A stretch of 64,000 nt of DNA, taken from the IMG/VR virus record IMGVR_UViG_3300025413_001239; one strand, written 5' to 3'. The DNA is from a virus (taxonomy: Duplodnaviria; Caudoviricetes). The notes under the pieces were generated by a model. That model had not been told where the DNA came from and did no database searches. It worked only from the letters and a program-made list of their open reading frames with translations. Numbering within the stretch: position 1 is the stretch's first letter; each line of letters starts with the position of its first letter. The translations under genes were made by a program, and so were the position numbers. Below, one piece after another: positions 1-7,189 of the stretch.

Positions 1-34
1 AGTCAAGAAAAAAATAAGAATTTTAAAAAATAAA

Positions 35-65
35 TTTGGCGGTATAAAAAATAGCCGTACATTTG
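35..65 (+). promoter_or_regulatory. Bacteroidota-type primary sigma promoter
   Basis: TTTG (35-38), 19-nt spacer, TACATTTG (58-65); matches the TTTG-N19-21-TAnnTTTG consensus. Confidence 0.8.
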
Positions 66-97
66 CATCATTATTAACAATTTAAAGATTTAAAAAA

Positions 98-922
98 ATG
101 GAACAAGTATTAGAAATTAAGGAGTTTACAAAAGACCTTTTAGGTGACACAGCCACTGTAAGGGCTAATTCAACTAGGGGTGAAGAAGTTATTAAAATTG
201 CACTTGACAAAATTGTTGTTAGGGATAATTTTAACGTTAGGCAAAATTATGGTAACTTGGAAGAATTAGCTTACTCAATGATTGAGAATGGTCAAGTAAT
301 GCCTGGTCATGTTGATGTTCTTGCCGATGGTCGTTTCGTTTTAACTGATGGACACAGAAGGTTTAAAGCCTTAAAACTATTGGCTGAAATGGGTCACGAA
401 CCTTTATTTAAGGCGATTGTGAACCCTAAAAAAATGACAGAAGAGCAAAGGATTCTTCAAGTATTTACTACGCAAGATAACAAGCCTTTAGAACCAAACG
501 AAGTTGCGGAACTAATTAACCGTTTAATTAATTTGGGGTACAAACAAACCGATGTTGCGAAACGTATTGGGCGTACAGGTGCATACGTTTCACAGATGCT
601 TAACTATGTTACTGAAAGTCCTTTGATTAAAGAAGAAGTTAAAGAAGGCAATATTACAGTTGCAGCTGTTTTGGATTTGCAAAAGAAGATACCCAATAAA
701 GAAGAAAGGGTTAAGGCAGTTAAGGATGCTGTTGCAAAGAAAAAAGAAGAAACGAAAGACGATAAGAAACCAACGCCAGTTTCAGCAAATGAAGTAATTG
801 GTAAAAAAGATAAGGGTGCTATTGCTTTTGAGATTGTGTGTTTAATTGAACAGGCTTATAGCGAAGAACTTGAAGGTGCTGATTTGAAAATGATGGTTAG
901 CATTATTAAGGGTTATCTTTAA
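98..922 (+). CDS. parB: ParB/RepB/Spo0J family protein (ParB N-terminal domain plus HTH)
   Basis: LTDGHRRFKAL arginine-patch motif; HTH-like GYKQTDVAKRIGRTGAYVSQML. Confidence 0.8.
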   Translation: MEQVLEIKEFTKDLLGDTATVRANSTRGEEVIKIALDKIVVRDNFNVRQNYGNLEELAYSMIENGQVMPGHVDVLADGRFVLTDGHRRFKALKLLAEMGHEPLFKAIVNPKKMTEEQRILQVFTTQDNKPLEPNEVAELINRLINLGYKQTDVAKRIGRTGAYVSQMLNYVTESPLIKEEVKEGNITVAAVLDLQKKIPNKEERVKAVKDAVAKKKEETKDDKKPTPVSANEVIGKKDKGAIAFEIVCLIEQAYSEELEGADLKMMVSIIKGYL

Positions 923-944
923 TGGTTTAATTGAATAGGTTAAA

Positions 945-975
945 GTGGGATAGTAGAAATACTATCCCATTTTTA
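945..975 (+). terminator. Intrinsic terminator
   Basis: GTGGGATAGT-loop-ACTATCCCAT followed by a T run after parB. Confidence 0.8.
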
Positions 976-991
976 TTTTAAGAACTTAATA

Positions 992-1073
992 AAAATAAAT
1001 TTGCTCATATCAAATATACTAGTATATTTGCATTCTAATTAATTAACAATCTAAAAATTACAGATTATGACAA
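992..1073 (+). repeat. 82-bp promoter/leader cassette, copy 1
   Basis: Identical to 1964-2045 except one base; contains TTTG-N19-TATATTTG and ATTACAGATTATG. Confidence 0.9.
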
Positions 1074-1918
1074 AGGTACACGAAAGTTTTAAGTTAGTTT
1101 CTAAGGCTATTAGCCACAAAGGGGAATCAGGTATTAAGGTAGAAATTCCTGCTATCTACGAAACTACAAATGAAGATGTGATTAAATTCAGTCACGTTAA
1201 CAGGTTAACTAAAATCAATGGAATTATTACTTTGGGTAATAGTCTTATTGAACTAGCCCACAATCTTAGGGATATAGTTGTTGCTAAGATTGGTGATGAT
1301 TTTTACTACATTGATGGACAGCATTTGGCTAAAGCCTTATTCAAATTGGGGTTGCCAATAAGGTTTAAATTGGTTTATTTAAACGATGAAGAAGAAGCCC
1401 TTAAATTCATTACTAAAATGAATAGTAGTGCTAGAAATTGGTCTTTGAAGCAGTACATTGAAAGTTATTCAAAGGTTAATAAAGACTTGGTTTATTTAAA
1501 CGAGTTAAATGCTCAAACAAGTGTTAGTTATAGTACATTAGGTATTGTGCTAACTAATCAATCAATGTCCTATGTTAAGAAATCAATAAAGGATGGTACT
1601 TTCAAAATAACCGAAAAGAAGGCAGCAAAAATAAGAGTTGATGTTGTGATTAACTTTTATCAAATTACGGGTGTAAAGGTATCTCAATATTGCACTCACG
1701 GACTAATTGACTTTATTAAGAACTTACCAAACGGCTTGAATGATTACTTAGCTAATGAAGGTAGATTTTTAGCTGTTGTGGAATGTGGTAAAATCGTGCC
1801 AAAAGTACCACTAGGGCAACGTGAAACCTATGTCGAATTATTTTCAAAGTGTTGGAATAAAAGCAAAGGTGGTAAATTTAAAGCCTTAAAAGAAAGGTTG
1901 GCAGAAATGGAAAATTAA
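1067..1918 (+). CDS. ParB/Srx-like N-terminal domain protein
   Basis: IVVAKIGDDFYYIDGQH motif and MNSSARNWSLKQYIESY, typical of phage ParB-like proteins; the Arg after DGQH is replaced by Leu. Confidence 0.6.
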   Translation: MTKVHESFKLVSKAISHKGESGIKVEIPAIYETTNEDVIKFSHVNRLTKINGIITLGNSLIELAHNLRDIVVAKIGDDFYYIDGQHLAKALFKLGLPIRFKLVYLNDEEEALKFITKMNSSARNWSLKQYIESYSKVNKDLVYLNELNAQTSVSYSTLGIVLTNQSMSYVKKSIKDGTFKITEKKAAKIRVDVVINFYQITGVKVSQYCTHGLIDFIKNLPNGLNDYLANEGRFLAVVECGKIVPKVPLGQRETYVELFSKCWNKSKGGKFKALKERLAEMEN

Positions 1919-1930
1919 TGGTTTAAATAA

Positions 1931-1961
1931 ATGGGAAAGCCTAAAAAACTTTCCCATTTTT
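1931..1961 (+). terminator. Intrinsic terminator
   Basis: ATGGGAAAG-loop-CTTTCCCAT followed by a T run. Confidence 0.75.
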
Positions 1962-1963
1962 AT

Positions 1964-2045
1964 AAAATAAATTTGCTCATATCAAATATACTAGTATATT
2001 TGCATTCTAATTACTTAACAATCTAAAAATTACAGATTATGACAA
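1964..2045 (+). repeat. 82-bp promoter/leader cassette, copy 2
   Basis: Near-identical to 992-1073. Confidence 0.9.
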
Positions 2046-2449
2046 TTTACGAACAAACGAAAAAAGATGCTTTAGAATTTATTCAGAATGGTGGTAAAGC
2101 ACAACAAGCTACTAATGAAAATCAAAGATTGGTTGCTGAGAATATTTTAGATTTTCTAAGGTTTAATGGCTTAAATGTTGTATTAGTGGCTGATGGTTGT
2201 GTTATTGATATTCACGTTCAAGTTTATAACGCATTTCAAGATTCAAAGCATAATGGGGTCGTGAGGGTATTCTACAAGTCTGCTAGTGATGTTATAAAAA
2301 ATAATAAGGTGCAGTATTTACCTTCGTTAATTACTAATAGTATTGTAGGTTATACAAGAGAATGGAAAGACTTTAACGGCAATGATGAGTTATTGGGTTT
2401 AATTAAACAAGAAATATTTGAGGTCTATAAATACAAAATTAAAAAATAA
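2039..2449 (+). CDS. Hypothetical early protein
   Basis: 136-aa ORF directly behind the promoter cassette. Confidence 0.7.
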   Translation: MTIYEQTKKDALEFIQNGGKAQQATNENQRLVAENILDFLRFNGLNVVLVADGCVIDIHVQVYNAFQDSKHNGVVRVFYKSASDVIKNNKVQYLPSLITNSIVGYTREWKDFNGNDELLGLIKQEIFEVYKYKIKK

Positions 2450-2502
2450 ATTTGCTCATATCAAAAATACTCATATCTTTGCATCACAATAAAACAGAAT
2501 AT

Positions 2503-2724
2503 ATGTTAAGTAGTTTAATCAAAAGAAATGCAGGTTCAAATGAACCAAAGTCGTTAAGGGTTGGTAATAGTACTTTTCCCGAAAATCAACCTAGCTTAAA
2601 TGAATCATTAAAGATTGGTAAAACTGTATTACCCAACAACCAACCTAGTTTAAATGAATGGTGTAAAGAATTTAAAGTCTCTAGTCGTGTTCCAAAATAT
2701 TCGCAATTTTCACATCACGGTTAA
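2503..2724 (+). CDS. Hypothetical early protein (73 aa)
   Basis: ATG at 2503 follows TATCTTTG and an ACAGAATATATG leader; the track start at 2452 lies inside the promoter; internal repeat NQPSLNE x2. Confidence 0.6.
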   Translation: MLSSLIKRNAGSNEPKSLRVGNSTFPENQPSLNESLKIGKTVLPNNQPSLNEWCKEFKVSSRVPKYSQFSHHG

Positions 2725-2774
2725 TATAACTGCATAACGGTTGAAGATTGGTGTAATGGTTAAGAAAACTGAAA

Positions 2775-2800
2775 GGGGTTACCGAAAGGTAACTCTTTTT
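2775..2800 (+). terminator. Intrinsic terminator
   Basis: GGGGTTACC-GAAA-GGTAACTC-TTTTT. Confidence 0.8.
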
Positions 2801-2876
2801 AGTTTAATTAAACAGGTAAAAATAAATTTGTTTATATCAAATTAAGTCCTTAACTTTGCAGTAAATAAAACAGATT

Positions 2877-3011
2877 ATGATAGAAACACTTTTAACTTTC
2901 TTTTTGATGGGTATGGTTTATATAAATGGGGTTAAGCCATTACAAGGCTTTAAGGATAAGCCTTTCAGCGAAAAAAGACGCATTGTCTTGTCATTAAGAG
3001 ATATGGATTAA
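2877..3011 (+). CDS. Small hypothetical protein (44 aa, hydrophobic N-terminus), not in ORF track
   Basis: MIETLLTFFLMGMVYINGVKPLQG... preceded by a TAACTTTG promoter and ACAGATTATG. Confidence 0.6.
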   Translation: MIETLLTFFLMGMVYINGVKPLQGFKDKPFSEKRRIVLSLRDMD

Positions 3012-3072
3012 AAATAAATTTGGCTGAATCAAATTAAGTCCTTAACTTTGCAGTAAATAAAACATACAGAAT

Positions 3073-3447
3073 ATGGCTAAGAAACTTGTTAGACTTACAA
3101 CCCATCAAATAATTGATGAAACGGTTGCGTTTTACGAAAAAAATATTCGAGCAAAACAAGACAATTGGTGCGAGTATCTAACTGATGATGGTAGAATGTG
3201 TGCCGTTGGTAGATGCTTAACCCCTAAGAGTTTGCAGATAGCCCAAACAGAATTTGGAGGTAAGGACTTTGGTAGCTTAAACTTGAATAGGATTAAGTTT
3301 AAGGCTCAATATACAGGTAAATGTGACGACTTTTGGTCATCACTACAAAGCCTACACGATAGCGAGAAATATTGGAATGGTAACCATTTAAGTTATATGG
3401 GTGAAATTAAGGTTAAAGCCTTAAAAGAACGATTTGCAAATATTTAA
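3073..3447 (+). CDS. Hypothetical early protein (Cys/His-containing)
   Basis: Own promoter cassette; CEYLTDDGRMCAVGRCL and LQSLHD motifs. Confidence 0.7.
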   Translation: MAKKLVRLTTHQIIDETVAFYEKNIRAKQDNWCEYLTDDGRMCAVGRCLTPKSLQIAQTEFGGKDFGSLNLNRIKFKAQYTGKCDDFWSSLQSLHDSEKYWNGNHLSYMGEIKVKALKERFANI

Positions 3448-3463
3448 TCAAAAATGCTTGTAT

Positions 3464-3553
3464 ATGAATAAAACAATTTGGATTGGTATATCAATTATTG
3501 TTTCAGTTGAATTAATTGGTATTCTTATGGGTTTAATTAAACTAATAAACTAA
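3464..3553 (+). CDS. Small membrane peptide (29 aa), not in ORF track
   Basis: MNKTIWIGISIIVSVELIGILMGLIKLIN; TAATG coupling to the next ORF. Confidence 0.45.
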   Translation: MNKTIWIGISIIVSVELIGILMGLIKLIN

Positions 3554-3690
3554 TGAAAATTTTAATGTGTTTGGCACTAGTAGTGCTGTTAACAAGTTGT
3601 TCATTCAAGAACTTACACCGAGTACATAAGGGAGATAAGATATATCGCCCACCTTGTAATTGTGGTCCACACTTTGGTCCGTTTAATTAA
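3553..3690 (+). CDS. Mini-lipoprotein (45 aa), not in ORF track
   Basis: MKILMCLALVVLLTSC: basic N-terminus, hydrophobic core and LTSC lipobox. Confidence 0.55.
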   Translation: MKILMCLALVVLLTSCSFKNLHRVHKGDKIYRPPCNCGPHFGPFN

Positions 3691-3753
3691 ACAGGTAAAA
3701 ATAAATTTGGTTGATTGAAATTAATTCCTTAATTTTGTTGAAAATTACAGATT

Positions 3754-4062
3754 ATGATTAAAGCAATTAAGATTGATGTTCAGAACAGAACAGTTACTGA
3801 GGTTGAAATTCAAAACAACTTGGAAGCCTATTATAAGGAGATAGGCTGCGATTTAGTTGAGTTTGTTAAGGTCGATGAGGTTAACGACCTTATGGTTGAT
3901 GAAGAGGGTTTATTCACAAAGAATCCATTCTTTATAATGGAAGGCTTATATCAACCAATGAGAGGCAACGGCTTAATAGTTGGGGTTGATTTTGAAGAGG
4001 GTGAAACCATAAGCACAACCCTTACAGTAGATGAAGTAAAAGCAAGAGTACACTTTGTATAG
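3754..4062 (+). CDS. DUF3846-like phage protein
   Basis: LEAYYKEIGCDLVE...LMVDEEGL...MRGNGLIVG pattern. Confidence 0.55.
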   Translation: MIKAIKIDVQNRTVTEVEIQNNLEAYYKEIGCDLVEFVKVDEVNDLMVDEEGLFTKNPFFIMEGLYQPMRGNGLIVGVDFEEGETISTTLTVDEVKARVHFV

Positions 4063-4114
4063 ACACTTTTGTACTTTTTTGATTTTTCGTTATATTTATT
4101 AATAAATAGATATA

Positions 4115-4759
4115 ATGAAAAATCAAAAATTAACAAGTGAAGAACGCAAAGCAAAAAAAATTGAAGCTAATAAAGCTTATCGAGAAGCTAATAAAATTAA
4201 ATTAACCGAAACAAATAAAGCAAAATACGAAGCTAATAAGGTTAAGATAGCTGAAAGAGCTAAAATTTATTATGAAGCTAATAAAGCTAAGATAATTGAA
4301 AAAAAACAATTATATATCCAACTTAATAAAGAAACTATTGCAGCTAAGAAAAAAGCTTATTATGAAGCTAATAAAGAAAAGTTAAATAAATTAACTAGAG
4401 ATTGGGTTAAAAATAAATTAGCTACCGACCCTTTATATAAATTGAAAGCGAATATAAGAACTTTAGTCGGGAACTCTATTCGTAGAAACGGTTATAAAAA
4501 GTTAAGTAAAACCCATTTAATTTTAGGTTGCACATTTGAACAATTCAAAGAACATTTAGAGTCACAATTTGAGCCGTGGATGAATTGGAATAACCGTGGG
4601 TTATATAATGGTACTGAAAATTATGGTTGGGATATTGACCACATTATACCAGTATCTAGCGGCTTAACTGAACAAGAAGTGGTTCAATTAAACCATTATA
4701 CCAACTTAAAACCTCTATGTAGTTATATAAACCGTGACGTTAAAATAAATAAGGTATAA
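4115..4759 (+). CDS. HNH homing endonuclease-like protein
   Basis: WDIDHIIP...LNHYTNLKPL C-terminus; Lys-rich YEANK repeats at the N-terminus. Confidence 0.75.
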   Translation: MKNQKLTSEERKAKKIEANKAYREANKIKLTETNKAKYEANKVKIAERAKIYYEANKAKIIEKKQLYIQLNKETIAAKKKAYYEANKEKLNKLTRDWVKNKLATDPLYKLKANIRTLVGNSIRRNGYKKLSKTHLILGCTFEQFKEHLESQFEPWMNWNNRGLYNGTENYGWDIDHIIPVSSGLTEQEVVQLNHYTNLKPLCSYINRDVKINKV

Positions 4760-4802
4760 CATACACTTTTGTGTACACAAGGACGTTCGGTGCATTGAAT
4801 AC

Positions 4803-4840
4803 AAATAACCCCCAACCGATTTGATTGGGGGTTTATTTAA
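4803..4840. terminator. Bidirectional terminator between convergent genes
   Basis: AAATAACCCCCAA-loop-TTGGGGGTTTATTT. Confidence 0.7.
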
Positions 4841-4845
4841 ACCTA

Positions 4846-4938
4846 TTAAGGTTCATTCATAAAGTCAGAAATGTTTAATGGTTCAATCAATTCCTCGCAT
4901 TGAATGAACAAGTCAAAATCATCATAATCCAAAAGCAT
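4846..4938 (-). CDS. Small acidic peptide (30 aa), not in ORF track
   Basis: MLLDYDDFDLFIQCEELIEPLNISDFMNEP, preceded by ACAGCTATG, a variant of the early leader. Confidence 0.4.
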   Translation of the reverse strand: MLLDYDDFDLFIQCEELIEPLNISDFMNEP

Positions 4939-4994
4939 AGCTGTTTATTTAAACGTAAAAAAATAGGGGTGCGATTGCTCACACCCCAGAGTTA

Positions 4995-5255
4995 TTATTT
5001 GATGGCTGCTTTCAATTCAGCCTTTAATCTCTTAGCATCTTCGCCCTTGAAGGTTGAAGCATTACCTAAGAAATAAATTACAATGCTTTCAGCTGTATCA
5101 TAGCCATAAGCATCGTTTTTGTCTTGTAGGGTGCATAAAGCATCTAAATAAGGCTTTGCACCAAAGTAAACCTTTGCACCCCAAACACGCTTAATTTCAC
5201 GTCCTATAACACATAAAGAACGAAAGTTAACTACTGCATTTTTTGTCTTTGTCAT
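4995..5255 (-). CDS. Conserved phage hypothetical protein (86 aa)
   Basis: Start after an ATTACAGTTTATG leader and TTTG-N19-TATCTTTG (5322-5292); AKPYLDAL...YGYD...IVIYFLGNASTFKGE pattern. Confidence 0.7.
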   Translation of the reverse strand: MTKTKNAVVNFRSLCVIGREIKRVWGAKVYFGAKPYLDALCTLQDKNDAYGYDTAESIVIYFLGNASTFKGEDAKRLKAELKAAIK

Positions 5256-5423
5256 AAACTGTAATTTTATTAAGTGATTAAGAAATTTCAGCAAAGATAA
5301 GTAGTTTATTTAAACCAACAAATTTATTTTATCCCTTTTTATAAACCTATTAACATAACTACAATAAGGGCGTATATTTATACGATTTTTTAAAAAGTTT
5401 TTGTTTATGTTATTTTACACCCT

Positions 5424-5500
5424 TATCTTTGCAATGTTATTATAACAGGACGACATAAAAAATCGGGAGGTGTACTCCACTATGCGCTTTATTTTTATAT
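5424..5500 (+). ncRNA. Putative ~65-75-nt small RNA, copy A (coordinates include the -7 promoter element)
   Basis: TTTG-N20-TATCTTTG promoter, no ORF, core ATCGGGAGGTGTACTCC (5462-5478) shared with copy B, T-rich end. Confidence 0.45.
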
Positions 5501-5552
5501 AACCATACATACGTTGGAATTTACAATATTATTCTAATACCGCCAAATAAAG

Positions 5553-5585
5553 TTATCCCCAAAATGATTTTTAAAATGTGGATAA
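5553..5585. promoter_or_regulatory. Inverted DnaA-box pair upstream of the DUF932 promoter
   Basis: TTATCCCCA (5553) and TGTGGATAA (5577), 24 bp start-to-start. Confidence 0.6.
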
Positions 5586-5667
5586 CTTTATTGCAGTTTA
5601 TTTAAACCATAACCTATCTTTGCTGAAATTTATTAACCGCTTCGAGAGAAGCACAATATTACAGATT

Positions 5668-6534
5668 ATGAAATATGTTAATTTAAAAGGTCAAAAATTA
5701 CAAAATGATGACGTGTTCCCAACAGTAGAAATTAAGTCATTTAGCGAGGCAATTAACCTCAAAACTAGGAAAGGTTATGATAATTTAGTTATCAGTAACG
5801 GCGAAGTAGTTAACGTTTGTAGTGATAGTTATGCACTACTTAAAAATGAAGACTTTTTTTTAAAGGTAGAAGAAAAGTTAATTGTTGACGCTGATGTAGA
5901 ATACACTAAAAGGAGTATAAACCGAAATAACCGTTCTTTTGCGGTTGATTACATTTTAAATGACGATAGGTATGATATTGTAATTAATAGCGGCAAAAAG
6001 GACGTTATTAAACCAATGCTTCGCTTTGTTAACTCTTATGATGGTAGTGCCAAAACAAAGGGTTCTTTTGGGTATTTTAGACAAGTTTGCACTAATGGTT
6101 TACACATTGCTGAAACAATGTTAAACTTTGATGTTAAACATAGGGGTGCAATAGCTGAAATAGTTCTCCCTAAGATGGATAACCTAATTTCAAATTTTAT
6201 GGAAAACGAATACTACACGTTAAAAAGTAAAGCTGAAACCCTTACAAATAGCAAAATTAGTGATGTAGCTAAATTTGTACAGGATATTTGTAAAAAAACC
6301 AATATCTTTAAATTTGAAAAAAGCGAAAAGAACCCCGAACCTTCAAAGTACGCTGAACAGGTAATAAACACAATTTTTAGTGAGGCAAATTACCTAAACG
6401 TTGTACCTAATTTGTGGCTGGGTTATAACTCATTTAATTCAATCCTTACCGATGGAACGTTTAGCAAAACATTCGAGAAAGAAACCGAATTTGATAACCT
6501 TATATTCAATAGGGTGCTTGAAATGGCAGGTTAA
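5668..6534 (+). CDS. DUF932 (DUF945) family protein
   Basis: FVNSYDGS...GYFRQVCTNG signature; ATG at 5668 follows the promoter and ACAGATTATG. Confidence 0.75.
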   Translation: MKYVNLKGQKLQNDDVFPTVEIKSFSEAINLKTRKGYDNLVISNGEVVNVCSDSYALLKNEDFFLKVEEKLIVDADVEYTKRSINRNNRSFAVDYILNDDRYDIVINSGKKDVIKPMLRFVNSYDGSAKTKGSFGYFRQVCTNGLHIAETMLNFDVKHRGAIAEIVLPKMDNLISNFMENEYYTLKSKAETLTNSKISDVAKFVQDICKKTNIFKFEKSEKNPEPSKYAEQVINTIFSEANYLNVVPNLWLGYNSFNSILTDGTFSKTFEKETEFDNLIFNRVLEMAG

Positions 6535-6555
6535 GTACTTAACCGCTTAAAAGTA

Positions 6556-6583
6556 AGGGTAACAGAAATGTTACCCTTTTTTT
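6556..6583 (+). terminator. Intrinsic terminator
   Basis: AGGGTAAC-AGAAAT-GTTACCCT followed by a T run. Confidence 0.8.
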
Positions 6584-6839
6584 ATGCCCTTAACTATCCA
6601 TGTACACTAATGTGTACCATACGTGTGAAAATAGCCGTTTTTAGCCCATTTTGAGCCGTTTATTACCAAAATAAGGTAATCATATTAACAGCTTTATTTT
6701 AAGCCAAATTTGAGCCTTAAAATCAATTCTTTGATTACAATAAACCTATTTTTGCACAATAAAGCTATTAACTTTATTATAAGCCTATTAACTTTATTAA
6801 CCACTTAACAAAACATAAAAAAATCTTATGTTAGTAAAA

Positions 6840-6989
6840 TGTGGATAATTTTTAGATGTTAATAACTATGTGGATAAAATGTGGATAAGTACTTAGTAAC
6901 ATTTGTGGATAACTTATGTGGATAAAATGTGAATAACTTTTTTACTTATCCACATTTGTTAATAACGTATGCGGATAAAATGTGGATAA
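6840..6989. repeat. Array of DnaA boxes (oriC-like)
   Basis: Perfect TTATCCACA/TGTGGATAA at 6840, 6869, 6880, 6904, 6917, 6946 and 6981; near matches at 6928 (TGTGAATAA), 6970 (TGCGGATAA), 6857 and 6957 (TGTTAATAA). Confidence 0.85.
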
Positions 6990-7044
6990 CTTTTTTTGGT
7001 GGTATGAAAAAAAAGTTGTACCTTGCATCCGCATAGGCACATAT

Positions 7045-7127
7045 ATAAAAAAATAAAAGGCAGGTCGGAGTACACCTCCCGATGTCCTTTAGAACTATCG
7101 TCTTGTTATATTAACACTGCAAAGATA
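7045..7127 (-). ncRNA. Putative small RNA, copy B (inverted relative to copy A)
   Basis: Minus-strand TTTG-N20-TATCTTTG (7151-7120), the same GTTAwTATAACARGACGA 5' part, core at 7083-7067 and a U-rich end. Confidence 0.45.
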
Positions 7128-7156
7128 TAGCAGCAAAATGACATGGACAAAAAAAG

Positions 7157-7189
7157 TTATCCACATAAGTAAAATAAAAATGTGGATAA
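7157..7189. promoter_or_regulatory. Inverted DnaA-box pair between divergent promoters
   Basis: TTATCCACA (7157) and TGTGGATAA (7181), 24 bp start-to-start as at 5553/5577. Confidence 0.65.

Noticed and set aside
992-3760. Repeats separated by unique sequence, resembling a CRISPR array
   Set aside because: The repeats are promoter cassettes and the spacers are whole genes of 130-850 bp; no cas genes
6808-6836. dif/Xer-like site (AACATAA-N7-TTATGTT)
   Set aside because: The spacer is 7 bp rather than 6, the XerC arm does not match, and no recombinase is nearby; too weak in AT-rich DNA
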